From Planctomycetota bacterium (lineage in GTDB: Bacteria > Planctomycetota > UBA8108 > UBA1146): 42,650 nt of DNA. Position 1 is the stretch's first letter, and each line of letters starts with the position of its first letter. Below are positions 11,252 to 20,474 of this stretch, piece by piece. The stretch spans positions 1 through 42,650 of the forward strand of contig JAYZBV010000027.1 in NCBI GenBank assembly GCA_036338595.1, written 5' to 3'. The notes below the pieces were generated by a model. The model was not told the origin of the DNA, did not search any database, and worked only from the letters and a program-made list of their open reading frames with translations. Both the position numbers and the translations under genes were made by a program.

Positions 11252-11302
11252 CATATGACGGCAACAGCCGTTCAGGGAGTGACTAGCAGGAGGGAGCCCG
11301 TC

Positions 11303-13750
11303 GTGGCCGTGAAGTTCACAGAGAAAGCCGAAAAGGTGCTGCAGATCGCCCGAAGCGAGGCGAGACGGCTCGGTCATGGCTATGTCGGGACAGAGCACAT
11401 CTTGTGGGCATTGCTCCATCAACCCGATTCAGTGGCCGTGCAGGCCATCCTGAGATGCGACAGCACCGTCGAAGAAATACTCGCTGCGCTCCGGGAAAGT
11501 CTGGGGCGGATCCCCAGCAGTTCTGGTGGCCTCTCTTCGGAGACCACATACACACCGCATGCAAAACGTTGCCTCGAGCTCGCCAGAGAGCAAGCGGTGC
11601 ATCTTGACCAGTACTACATCGGTACCGAGCACCTGCTGATCGGACTGGGTCAAGAAGAAGAGGGGGAAGCCTCTCGAATATTGGCCGAGAGAGATCTCGG
11701 AAAAGACAGACTTCAAAATGTCATCCAGAGAATGCTGGGAGGTGATGTGGATCAAGCACAAGGAAGCACCGTCAAGAGAAGCGGTGTCGCAACTCCAACA
11801 CTCGATTCAAATGGCGTGGATTTGACCGCCATGGCTGCCCAGAACAGGCTCGATCCTGTTATTGGTCGTCACAAGGAAATCGAACGCATCATCCAGATTC
11901 TCTCGAGAAAGACCAAGAACAACCCGGTCGTCATGGGTGAACCCGGCGTCGGCAAAACTGCCATCGTTGAAGGACTCGCTCAACGAATCGCAGACAGCGC
12001 AGTGCCTGAGTTACTGGCGCGCAAGCGAGTTGTTTCCCTCGACCTGGCCTCGCTTCTTGCGGGGACCAAGTACCGTGGTGAATTCGAGAAGCGCATCAAG
12101 GCGATCATCAAAGAGATTTCAGAGTCTGGAAATGTCATCCTGTTTGTGGACGAACTGCACACGATCATGGGAGCAGGCGCATCCGAGTCCAGCCTCGATG
12201 CCTCGAACATCCTCAAGCCAGCGCTGTCGCGTGGCGAGATCCAGTGCATCGGTGCCACCACCCTTGACGAATACCGCAAGCACATTGAAAAAGACGGTGC
12301 CATGGAGCGTCGTTTCCAGCCGATCATCGTCGACCCACCCAATCGAGACGATGCGCTGGAAATTCTCACAGGGCTCCGCGACACCTTCGAAGCTCACCAC
12401 CGGGTCCAGATCACTGATTGCGCACTCGAGGCATCTGTCGATCTGTCGATCCGTTACATCTCGAACCGTTTTCTTCCCGACAAGGCCATCGATGTTCTCG
12501 ATGAAGCCTGTTCCCGTGAGCGACTTCAAAGGACCACCCGTCCACCCGATCTGACCGAGGTCGAGGAGCAGATCGATCAACTGCAACGCGAAAAGAACGA
12601 AGCTGTCTTCTCGCAAGATTTCGAACTGGCTGCAGAAATCCGCGACCACCTCGAGAACCGCAAGATTTCCAAGGAGCAAATGATCCAGGACTGGAAAGCC
12701 AGTTCCAAAGAAGTCGACGGGAAAGTAGATTCAGCAAGTATCTCATTCACTGTCGCCGAGATGACCGGTGTTCCGATTCAAAACCTCCAGGAAGAAGAAG
12801 CTACCAGGCTCAAGAAGATGGAAGAAACCATCCATCTCGATGTCGTGAGCCAGGATCATGCGATCAACTCCATCAGTCGAGCGACGCGCAGGGCAAGAGC
12901 AGGACTGCGTGATCCGAATCGTCCGATGGGCTCCTTCGTCTTCGTTGGACCCACCGGTGTCGGAAAAACGCTTGTCGCAAAGTCGCTCGCCAAGTTCCTG
13001 TTCGGAACCGAAGATGCCCTGCTTTCCATCGACATGTCTGAATACTCGGAGAAGCACTCCGTATCGCGCCTGATCGGCTCTCCTCCTGGCTATGTCGGAT
13101 ATGATGAAGGTGGTCTGTTGACCGAGAAAGTGCGCCGTAAGCCGTACATGGTGGTGCTCTTTGACGAGATCGAAAAGGCCCACACCGACATCTCGAACAC
13201 ACTTCTTCAGGTGCTAGAGGAAGGCCGTCTCACCGACGCCTTTGGTCGTAAGGTTGACTTCAGAAACACCATCGTTGTTTTCACATCGAATCTTGGTGTG
13301 AGAGAGGCAGAGAGTCGTTCATCTCTTGGCTTCGGAGATGCCCAGGAGGACAAAGATGCATCCAATCATGCGGTGATGGAAGCTGTGAAGGAATTCTTCC
13401 GCCCCGAGTTCCTCAACCGCGTCGATGAACTTGTTTTCTTCAACGAGTTCAGCGAACAGGACCTTGTGAAGATCCTCGATCTCGAGGTGTCCAAACTGGA
13501 AAACCGCATCTCCGGTCTCTCTTTGAGCATCAACATTGATGAAGCTGCGAAGATCCAGCTGGTCCGAGACGGATCGGGACCCGGAACCGGCGCTCGAGGT
13601 CTTCGTCGAGTGCTCGAAGATCATCTCCAGGATCGAATCGCCGACCTGATCCTGGACGGAAAGCTCAATGGTGGCGGCCTCGTCAAGGTTTCCCTCGACG
13701 AAGAGGGCCAGATCGTCGTTCTGGTCGAACAGAAAGATGCCGTCAACTGA
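11303..13750 (+). CDS. clpC: ATP-dependent Clp protease ATP-binding subunit ClpC
   Basis: Two Clp-N repeats (GTEH), GEPGVGKT and GPTGVGKT Walker A motifs, short UVR-type M domain ([11 protein letters not shown]), LGF ClpP-docking loop. Start GTG 11303 after the AGGAGG SD; the ORF track starts at 11255. Confidence 0.93.
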   Translation: MAVKFTEKAEKVLQIARSEARRLGHGYVGTEHILWALLHQPDSVAVQAILRCDSTVEEILAALRESLGRIPSSSGGLSSETTYTPHAKRCLELAREQAVHLDQYYIGTEHLLIGLGQEEEGEASRILAERDLGKDRLQNVIQRMLGGDVDQAQGSTVKRSGVATPTLDSNGVDLTAMAAQNRLDPVIGRHKEIERIIQILSRKTKNNPVVMGEPGVGKTAIVEGLAQRIADSAVPELLARKRVVSLDLASLLAGTKYRGEFEKRIKAIIKEISESGNVILFVDELHTIMGAGASESSLDASNILKPALSRGEIQCIGATTLDEYRKHIEKDGAMERRFQPIIVDPPNRDDALEILTGLRDTFEAHHRVQITDCALEASVDLSIRYISNRFLPDKAIDVLDEACSRERLQRTTRPPDLTEVEEQIDQLQREKNEAVFSQDFELAAEIRDHLENRKISKEQMIQDWKASSKEVDGKVDSASISFTVAEMTGVPIQNLQEEEATRLKKMEETIHLDVVSQDHAINSISRATRRARAGLRDPNRPMGSFVFVGPTGVGKTLVAKSLAKFLFGTEDALLSIDMSEYSEKHSVSRLIGSPPGYVGYDEGGLLTEKVRRKPYMVVLFDEIEKAHTDISNTLLQVLEEGRLTDAFGRKVDFRNTIVVFTSNLGVREAESRSSLGFGDAQEDKDASNHAVMEAVKEFFRPEFLNRVDELVFFNEFSEQDLVKILDLEVSKLENRISGLSLSINIDEAAKIQLVRDGSGPGTGARGLRRVLEDHLQDRIADLILDGKLNGGGLVKVSLDEEGQIVVLVEQKDAVN

Positions 13751-13784
13751 GATCGAACTGCTGATTTGAGGCAGAGCCCGCCTG

Positions 13785-13826
13785 GCCCGTGGGTCCTCCA
13801 TCCAGGAGGACTCCGGGCTTTTTTTT
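13785..13826 (+). terminator. Rho-independent terminator of clpC
   Basis: GCCCG..GTCCTCC-atcca-GGAGGAC..CGGGC stem followed by 8 T. Confidence 0.85.
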
Positions 13827-13865
13827 CTGCTAGTATGCGGCGGGTTCGAGGAGGTCGAGATAGCG

Positions 13866-14186
13866 ATGGAACTTCAAGATTGCCCCCACTGCGGATCCCC
13901 GGTCGAGACCAGCAGCATCTGCTGCAAGGCTTGCGGGAGCGATGTCGAGACGGGATGGGGAGATCCAGCCGAGATTGATTACCAGTCGATAGAACTTCCC
14001 GAGCAAGACTCGAGCCCTGTTGAGCCCCTGGAAATTGAACGAGATCGCCGCAGAAGAATCGGGTTGGCGCTTCTCGGCGGATTAGCGGTGGGTGGGTTTG
14101 TGGCAGGCAATTTGCTGCCCAAGGAGGCGCTCCTGATATGGCTCGTCATCGGCTTGTATTTGCGCACGCTTCAACAGCAAGAGTGA
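13866..14186 (+). CDS. Small zinc-ribbon membrane protein
   Basis: CPHC-x10-CKAC-GSDVETGW N-terminus; RRRR then two hydrophobic helices. Confidence 0.75.
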   Translation: MELQDCPHCGSPVETSSICCKACGSDVETGWGDPAEIDYQSIELPEQDSSPVEPLEIERDRRRRIGLALLGGLAVGGFVAGNLLPKEALLIWLVIGLYLRTLQQQE

Positions 14187-14215
14187 ACCACTTCCCGTGC
14201 AGTGCCGTCACTCAT

Positions 14216-15172
14216 TCAAGCACTGCTGTTCGATTTTTCCAGAGTTCCTCGCCACGCCACCGTTACGATTCCGAGCACCACCAACGGCCCCCCGGACCAG
14301 AAGGCTGCCGGTGGGGTCTCCCCCAGTCCCGGGTAGAGCCAGACCAGTAACGGCGCCACCGCCACCTCGCCCAGAAAAGCAGTCGATACCACCGACGGCG
14401 GAAAATGCCTCAGTGCTGCATTGAGCGGGGTGTGCCCCAGCAGGGTCGGAAAGAGCGCCAGGCAGCCAGCGAGCAGCCATTCCTTCCCATCTTCGGGCCA
14501 GATCACGCCTACACCATCGGAGAGTGCCCCCTGCCCGATCAGGTACACCGCCAGCAGCAACGCTGCCACCGAGTAGGATCTGCTCGTGTAGACCGACACG
14601 GGAAGTTCGCGGATGGCAGTGCGGCCGGCAAAGATGTAGCCGACGAACGAGAAGGAACCGATCAGTGCGAGCAACACTCCAAGGGTCGGGTTCCGGGTTG
14701 GATCTGCATCCCCCACCCCCAGCTGCCCTTCTCCAGCGGCGGTTGCAAAAATACCGGTGCCAACCAGCGTGACCAGCACACCCACCAGCCTGATTCCATC
14801 TGCGCGCGCCTGCTTTCGAATCACCTCGATGGCATAAACCACCGCTGGATGAACGTAGACCAGCACCACCGATGTCGCCACGGAGAGGTGATGAAGCGAA
14901 GCCATCCACGATCCAAAGTGGATCGCCAGACACGCTCCCGAGATCCAGATGGCACGCCCGCTTCGAGCGAGTGGATGGGCACCCCGACCTCGCCATGCCA
15001 ACCACCAGAGCACAATGGAAGCCAGCGCAAGGCGACGAAACGCCAGTTGCAGCTCGTCACTATCCGAGAGTCGAATCCACAATGTGGAGGTGGAAACACC
15101 GAGGATTCCTACGACCAGCAGCCACCAGATGCGTGGCCCGTGTCCTTTCGGCTGCGCCTCATCCAGGATCAA
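14216..15172 (-). CDS. EamA/DMT family transporter
   Basis: About 10 TM segments in two repeats (LAIHFGSWMASL, PTLLGHTPLN); TTGA overlap with the ALDH stop. Confidence 0.88.
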   Translation of the reverse strand: MILDEAQPKGHGPRIWWLLVVGILGVSTSTLWIRLSDSDELQLAFRRLALASIVLWWLAWRGRGAHPLARSGRAIWISGACLAIHFGSWMASLHHLSVATSVVLVYVHPAVVYAIEVIRKQARADGIRLVGVLVTLVGTGIFATAAGEGQLGVGDADPTRNPTLGVLLALIGSFSFVGYIFAGRTAIRELPVSVYTSRSYSVAALLLAVYLIGQGALSDGVGVIWPEDGKEWLLAGCLALFPTLLGHTPLNAALRHFPPSVVSTAFLGEVAVAPLLVWLYPGLGETPPAAFWSGGPLVVLGIVTVAWRGTLEKSNSSA

Positions 15173-16764
15173 CGAGACCCTGAATCTTGCCAGCGACCAT
15201 CGAGGCGGCGTAAACCTTCGGCATCGGAGCGCAGTTCAGCCGGTAGTAACGCATCCGGGAAGTCCTGCCAGCATACGGGACGGATGAAGCGCGCGATGGC
15301 CCCGGAGCCGACCGATGTCCAGCGCGAATCGGTGGTTGCCGGCCATGGACCTCCGTGGTGCATCGCTTCTCCAACCTCGACCCCGGTGGGCATCCCGTTG
15401 AACAGAATCCGTCCGGCGCAATCCTCCAGTAAATCGAGCAACCCTGGCAGTTGTTGCAGTTCATCTGCTGTCGCCTGGATGGTCGCGGTCAACTGTCCCT
15501 CCAGGCACCTGGCTACTTCGGTCATCTCTTCGGTATTCGAGCACTCCACCAGCAAGGTGCTGGGGCCGAAAACCTCGGCTTGCAGCGCTCGATCCGCGAT
15601 GAATCGGCTTCCGGTTACCGAATGGAGCGCCGCTCCAGCGTTACAGACGGCGTCGCTGGCGGGGCCACGCTTGACGAGTTCCACGCCATCACGGGTCTCC
15701 AGTTGCTCCAGCATCCTTGCATGGCCATCGTGTATCCCCTGGTTCAACATCGTCCCTGCCGGATCTGCACAGAGCGCTTCGGCGAGAAGCCCCCTGAACT
15801 GTTCGCTATGCGCACCCGATACGGTGACGACAAGGCCTGGACAGGTACAGAACTGTCCGACTCCCAGTCTGACGCTGGCAGCGATGGCAGTGGCGATCTG
15901 ATCGCATCGTTTTGCCATCGCATCCGGAAGCACGAAGACCGGATTCAAACTTCCCATCTCTGCGAAGACAGGCACCGGAACCTCACGCTCGGTGGCCATC
16001 TTCCACAGCGACATCCCACCCGAACGTGATCCTGTGAAGGCGACCGCTGCAATCCCCGGATGCAGGACGAGTTGTTGCCCCACGGCATGGGACTCGCCCT
16101 GAACCAAACTGAACATGCCATCTGGAAGCCCCACATCTCTGACCGCCTCCTGCAGGGCGCGGCCGATCAACTCGCAGACTCCAGGATGCGCAGGGTGCCC
16201 CTTTGCCACCACGGGACAGCCTGCCGCCCAGGCGCTGGCGGTATCCCCACCGGCGATGCCGAAGGCGAGTGGGAAGTTACTGGCACCAAAAACCGCCACA
16301 GGTCCCAGCGCACGCATACGGCGTCGCAGATCGGGACGCGGAACGGGCGCACGATCGGGAAGGGCGGTCTGGATGAGCGGCTCCCTGAACAATCCATCGC
16401 GCAATACTGATGCGAAGAGTCGCATCTGGTTACAGGTGCGTCCCCTTTCTGCCTCGAAGCGCCCCTCGGGTAATCCTGTCTCCTTCACACCTCGTTCAGT
16501 GATGGCGTCACCGATCTCATCGATCCTGGCCGCCGCAGCTTCCAGAAGACGAGCACGATCACCGGCCTCCCCCGCTGCCCTCGACTGATGGACCGCTAGC
16601 GCTGCAACGACCGCACGATCGATGTCTGCTGCTGTCGCCTCTGCGAAGTGAGGATCGAGCCAGTCGCCACTCTCAGGGTTTCGGCCACGAAGCGTTCCCT
16701 CGCCAGAGACCGATTCTCCTGCGATGAGATGCACTCCCTCGATGCTCAACGGCTCGACACTCAT
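15169..16764 (-). CDS. NAD(P)+-dependent aldehyde dehydrogenase, probable 2-oxoglutarate semialdehyde dehydrogenase (LhpG-like)
   Basis: FGASNFPLAF, FTGS, AEMGS (catalytic Glu), GQFCTCPG (catalytic Cys), EVFGP; lies in a hydroxyproline context. Confidence 0.85.
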   Translation of the reverse strand: MSVEPLSIEGVHLIAGESVSGEGTLRGRNPESGDWLDPHFAEATAADIDRAVVAALAVHQSRAAGEAGDRARLLEAAAARIDEIGDAITERGVKETGLPEGRFEAERGRTCNQMRLFASVLRDGLFREPLIQTALPDRAPVPRPDLRRRMRALGPVAVFGASNFPLAFGIAGGDTASAWAAGCPVVAKGHPAHPGVCELIGRALQEAVRDVGLPDGMFSLVQGESHAVGQQLVLHPGIAAVAFTGSRSGGMSLWKMATEREVPVPVFAEMGSLNPVFVLPDAMAKRCDQIATAIAASVRLGVGQFCTCPGLVVTVSGAHSEQFRGLLAEALCADPAGTMLNQGIHDGHARMLEQLETRDGVELVKRGPASDAVCNAGAALHSVTGSRFIADRALQAEVFGPSTLLVECSNTEEMTEVARCLEGQLTATIQATADELQQLPGLLDLLEDCAGRILFNGMPTGVEVGEAMHHGGPWPATTDSRWTSVGSGAIARFIRPVCWQDFPDALLPAELRSDAEGLRRLDGRWQDSGSR

Positions 16765-17711
16765 CGGTTCTCCTTCACATCTTGAAGCGGATTCGAGGCG
16801 AGCGAGGTGCGGATCACTTCCAGCGCCCCCTCACGAAGTGCGCCGACTGCGGGGAAGCGGGGAGAGCGAACCCTCTCGTTTCCCTTCCCCACCTCTTGCT
16901 GGACCAGTTTGATCAGTTGCACGAACTCGGGGACACAGTCGAGTCTCAGCAAGGGTAAGAACCAGCGATACAACTGGTCCGCTTCACGAGCGGCAGCCGG
17001 ATCATCCAGCCCCCTCAGTGCCTTTTCGAACAGGACCACCGACTCCATCGGCAAGGCGTTGACGAGACCTGCAACCCAGCCCACAGCACCCTGTCGAACC
17101 GCCTCGACGACCATGTCATCGAGCCCCGCAAACAGCGCCAATCGATCTCCAACGAGCGAATGCACTGCAGTGATCCTTCTCGAATCCCCGCTTGAATCCT
17201 TCACCGCCTTGAGGTTCGGAGCCTTTTCTGCGAGATCCGCGATCCAGCCCGGCGGAAAATCTACGCCGTATGCGATCGGGTTGTTGTAGAGCATGCAGGG
17301 AAGATCGGTGGCCGAGATCACCGCCTCGACATGAGCAGCCACCTCGAAGAAGGGCCCCCTGTGGTTGTAGGGTGGTAACACCATCAGTCCGCGAGCACCC
17401 ATCACCTTTGTCGTGGCAGCGAGTTTGCCCGCTTCCTGTGTCGATGCGGCGGCGATTCCTGGCACCACCGGCACCCTTTCATCCACCGCTCGAACCACGG
17501 TATCGAAGATCCTTTGCTTTTCCTCGAAGGAGAGGGTCGCTCCCTCACCGAGGGAGCCGCAAGGGATGATCCCGGCAACTCCCTGGTCGATCATCCATCG
17601 GCAATGCTCCGAAAGAAAAGCGAAGTCAACCTGGCCTGATTCATCGAATGGAGTCGTGATGGCCGGCATCACGCCTGCCCAGGTCATCGATTCTGATACA
17701 TCGGAATTCAT
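16761..17711 (-). CDS. DapA-family protein, probable 1-pyrroline-4-hydroxy-2-carboxylate deaminase (LhpC-like)
   Basis: GVMPAITTPF, GSLGE, MLYNNP, Schiff-base Lys in AVKDSSGD; GGAGG SD before ATG 17711. Confidence 0.82.
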   Translation of the reverse strand: MNSDVSESMTWAGVMPAITTPFDESGQVDFAFLSEHCRWMIDQGVAGIIPCGSLGEGATLSFEEKQRIFDTVVRAVDERVPVVPGIAAASTQEAGKLAATTKVMGARGLMVLPPYNHRGPFFEVAAHVEAVISATDLPCMLYNNPIAYGVDFPPGWIADLAEKAPNLKAVKDSSGDSRRITAVHSLVGDRLALFAGLDDMVVEAVRQGAVGWVAGLVNALPMESVVLFEKALRGLDDPAAAREADQLYRWFLPLLRLDCVPEFVQLIKLVQQEVGKGNERVRSPRFPAVGALREGALEVIRTSLASNPLQDVKENR

Positions 17712-17802
17712 CACAGCCTCCAGCAGAAGAGTAGGAACCGCTCAAGATCGTGACCCATCCGATGCCCCCGTGGAAGTCACCATTTGACGAACCAGAGATC
17801 GC

Positions 17803-18756
17803 TCAGACCGTTCGAGATCGCCGCACCACGAGAAAAAAGAGCACCGGCGCACCCAGTGCAGCGGTGACGACCCCGACTGGAATCTCTCGCTGCTCCCAGA
17901 GTACCCGACCGATCGAATCGCAAAGCGGCAGAAAGACCATGCCGAGCAAGATCGAGGCTGGAAGCAGGATCCTCGGCGCCGACCCCACCAGCCTTCTCAC
18001 GATGTGCGGACAGATCAATCCGACAAATGCGATGGGACCACAGGTGGCCACACAAGCGGCCACTCCGAGAGAGGCGAGGCCCAGGCCCAGTGTCCGGACC
18101 CTGGTCACCTCGACCCCTCTTGTCCTCGCTCTCTCGATTCCGGAGACAAGCACCTCGAGAGGCCGGATCAGCCACAGCATGCCCGCCAGCGAGATGACAA
18201 CAAATGGAGTCAGCATCGAGATGCGATCGGGGCCGATGATGGTCAAGCTTCCGAGCGACCAGCGCAATGCACTGAGAGAAGTGACCTGATCGATGCCCAG
18301 GCGAAGCCCCGATGCGATCGCTCCTGTCGCCAGTGTCAATGCGATTCCTGCCAGCAACACATCCTCGGTACGAGCACTGTCGCGTGCAGCCACGGAGGCG
18401 ATGACCAGCGTCACCACCAGCGCACCGATGAATGCCGCAGCGGGGAGGATGGGCAGTCCCATCAGCGAAGTTCCGCTACCGAGAACCAGCGCCGCCAGTA
18501 CACCGAGTGTCGCTCCGGCGGTGGTTCCGATGGTACTGGGCGTCGCCAGTGGATTGCGCAACAGGATCTGTACCACCGCACCGGCAGCCGAGAGCACGGC
18601 TCCGACCATCGCCCCGGCCAGCGCGCGTGGCCAGCGCAACTCCCTCAGTATCCACTGCCCGCCCTCTTCCGGCAGAGAGGGACCGATCCAGGAGGTGGCC
18701 GCCGCACAGGTGACAGCCATCAAGAGCCAGGGCAGCCAGCGTATCAGCGCCATCAT
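17803..18756 (-). CDS. FecCD/BtuC family ABC permease (cobalamin/iron-chelate)
   Basis: LRWPR, LLRNPLATP, GPIAFVGLICPH, EIPVGVVTAALGAP. Confidence 0.92.
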   Translation of the reverse strand: MMALIRWLPWLLMAVTCAAATSWIGPSLPEEGGQWILRELRWPRALAGAMVGAVLSAAGAVVQILLRNPLATPSTIGTTAGATLGVLAALVLGSGTSLMGLPILPAAAFIGALVVTLVIASVAARDSARTEDVLLAGIALTLATGAIASGLRLGIDQVTSLSALRWSLGSLTIIGPDRISMLTPFVVISLAGMLWLIRPLEVLVSGIERARTRGVEVTRVRTLGLGLASLGVAACVATCGPIAFVGLICPHIVRRLVGSAPRILLPASILLGMVFLPLCDSIGRVLWEQREIPVGVVTAALGAPVLFFLVVRRSRTV

Positions 18757-19532
18757 TCGTGCTGCTCCTCACCAGGGATCCAGTACTCTCGATCACCCGC
18801 AACGGCGCGATCAAAGGACATCCCGTGGATCTGTTCCAGCCCTTCACCGAGGTCCCCATCGCCGAGGCAACCCTGCCAGGCTATCTTCCCCTGACGCAGA
18901 CCGACCACGCGCGTCTTTGCGGCATCGATGTGTCCGAGAAGATGGACATCGTGGAGTACCACGAGCACGGTGTTGCCCTGCTCGAGCCGCTTCGACAGGA
19001 ATCGTAGAGTCCTGGCTCTCCACACGGGATCCAGATGGTTTGCAGGCTCATCGAGGAGCCAACATCTCGATTCCTGGGCGAGCATCGAAGCCAGTTCCAC
19101 TCGCTGGCGCTCACCACCTGAGAGTTCATTGAGCCACCTCGTGGCGAGCGAAGCGGCGCCCGCATCCTCGAGTGCCACGTGTGCTTGAGCGAGACAAGCG
19201 TGACGCGATTCGCTGAAACGGAAGCGCGCCGAAGCGACTACATCTTCGACTCTCAATCTTTCTGCGATCAGTCCCTCCTGCGGTAGCCACGCCATCGATG
19301 CCGCTCGTTGCCTCGCAGTCATCGAAGTCAGTGGCTGACCATCGACAGTGATGCTGCCTGAATCGAGCGGCACCAGTCCCAGCATCGCCCTCAGCAGCGT
19401 GCTCTTCCCCGAACCGTTGGGACCGATCACCGCGATCATCTGACCTTCGCTCACCTCCAGCGACATCTGGTCGAGGATCGGGGTCCCCCCTGCAAGAACC
19501 GTGGCGTTTTCCAGTTTCATCAGGGCTACCAC
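18753..19532 (-). CDS. BtuD/FecE-type ABC ATP-binding protein
   Basis: GPNGSGKS, LSGGERQR, LLDEPANHLD, VLHD. The start may be ATG 19520. Confidence 0.93.
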   Translation of the reverse strand: MVALMKLENATVLAGGTPILDQMSLEVSEGQMIAVIGPNGSGKSTLLRAMLGLVPLDSGSITVDGQPLTSMTARQRAASMAWLPQEGLIAERLRVEDVVASARFRFSESRHACLAQAHVALEDAGAASLATRWLNELSGGERQRVELASMLAQESRCWLLDEPANHLDPVWRARTLRFLSKRLEQGNTVLVVLHDVHLLGHIDAAKTRVVGLRQGKIAWQGCLGDGDLGEGLEQIHGMSFDRAVAGDREYWIPGEEQHE

Positions 19533-20416
19533 CTGGCACCTCCAGCGAAGAGCCGTTGCACTTCTGACTCGATGGAATCGACCAGATCGAGCAGTTCAGG
19601 ACCTTCATCGAGAATCCGAGGCCCGATCACCTCGCCCACTGCGCCGGAAGCAACGGCACTGAGCCCATCCAGGTGTCGATATCGCTCGAGCACAGGCTGC
19701 AGAACTCCCCCCCGAGAAGCCGTACTCAGGTGAAGGATGATATCTGGATCGATGGCGAGTAGCCGCTCGAATGAAACTTGTGGTGTACCGGCCATCGGAT
19801 TCTCGATGGCATTGCGAAAACCCGCAGCCTTCAGCACAGCACCATGCATCGAGTTCGGCTTGATGACCCACGGCCCCCCCGATGCCTCCAGATCTGATCC
19901 GATCACGAGCAGCACCCGCGGCGCATCGGCTTCGACCTGGGCAGTGGCAAGTTTTTCGAAGCGAGTAGCCAGTTGGGTGGCTGCGGACTCTCGACCGACC
20001 AACCCACCGATGATTCGGATGCTATCGGCAACCTGATCCGCAGAAGCCCATGACAATTCGACAGGTTCGCCGACTCGCTGCAACTCATCGATGGGAACTC
20101 CTGCCGCCCTTCTCACCAGCAAGGTACGTGATCCGCTGCGCAGGATTCTTTCGAGGTCGGGAGCCAGCGCCGTTCCCGCTCTCGAAACGCCCTCGAGTTG
20201 GGGACAGAAGTCACTGACCAGCGCAATCGATCGCTCTGCACCGATGGCCAGCAAGGTGCCGGTGATGCAAGGAGCCAGCGACACGACCGGGCCCTCGTGA
20301 TCTGCGATGATCGCTCCGACATCCACATCTGGATTTACATCGGGTGCGACCAGCCCGGCGATGAAGATCGCCAGAAGCGCCAGCGCCAGGATGATGAAGA
20401 TGGAACCACGGTCCAC
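19526..20416 (-). CDS. BtuF-like helical-backbone substrate-binding protein
   Basis: N-terminal hydrophobic anchor, VVSLAPCIT, PDLERIL, VSFERLLAIDPDII. Start taken as GTG 20416 (GGAG SD); the longer ORF overlaps the upstream gene. Confidence 0.82.
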   Translation of the reverse strand: MDRGSIFIILALALLAIFIAGLVAPDVNPDVDVGAIIADHEGPVVSLAPCITGTLLAIGAERSIALVSDFCPQLEGVSRAGTALAPDLERILRSGSRTLLVRRAAGVPIDELQRVGEPVELSWASADQVADSIRIIGGLVGRESAATQLATRFEKLATAQVEADAPRVLLVIGSDLEASGGPWVIKPNSMHGAVLKAAGFRNAIENPMAGTPQVSFERLLAIDPDIILHLSTASRGGVLQPVLERYRHLDGLSAVASGAVGEVIGPRILDEGPELLDLVDSIESEVQRLFAGGARW

Positions 20417-20474
20417 GGTCTTGCTCCGAACTGGGGTGATCCGGGAAAAGATAACCGATCTTCCGGCTCCGGCA

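Noticed and set aside
14405..15901. 498-aa plus-strand ORF and the many other long antisense ORFs
   Set aside because: They are shadows of well-supported opposite-strand genes in GC-rich DNA; Ser/Pro/Arg-rich with no motifs.
16761..17711. True dapA (lysine biosynthesis)
   Set aside because: It has GSLGE rather than GTTGE, no dap genes are nearby, and the context is catabolic.
20417..20474. Cobalamin riboswitch before the btuF-like gene
   Set aside because: The 58-nt gap is too short and shows no B12-box.
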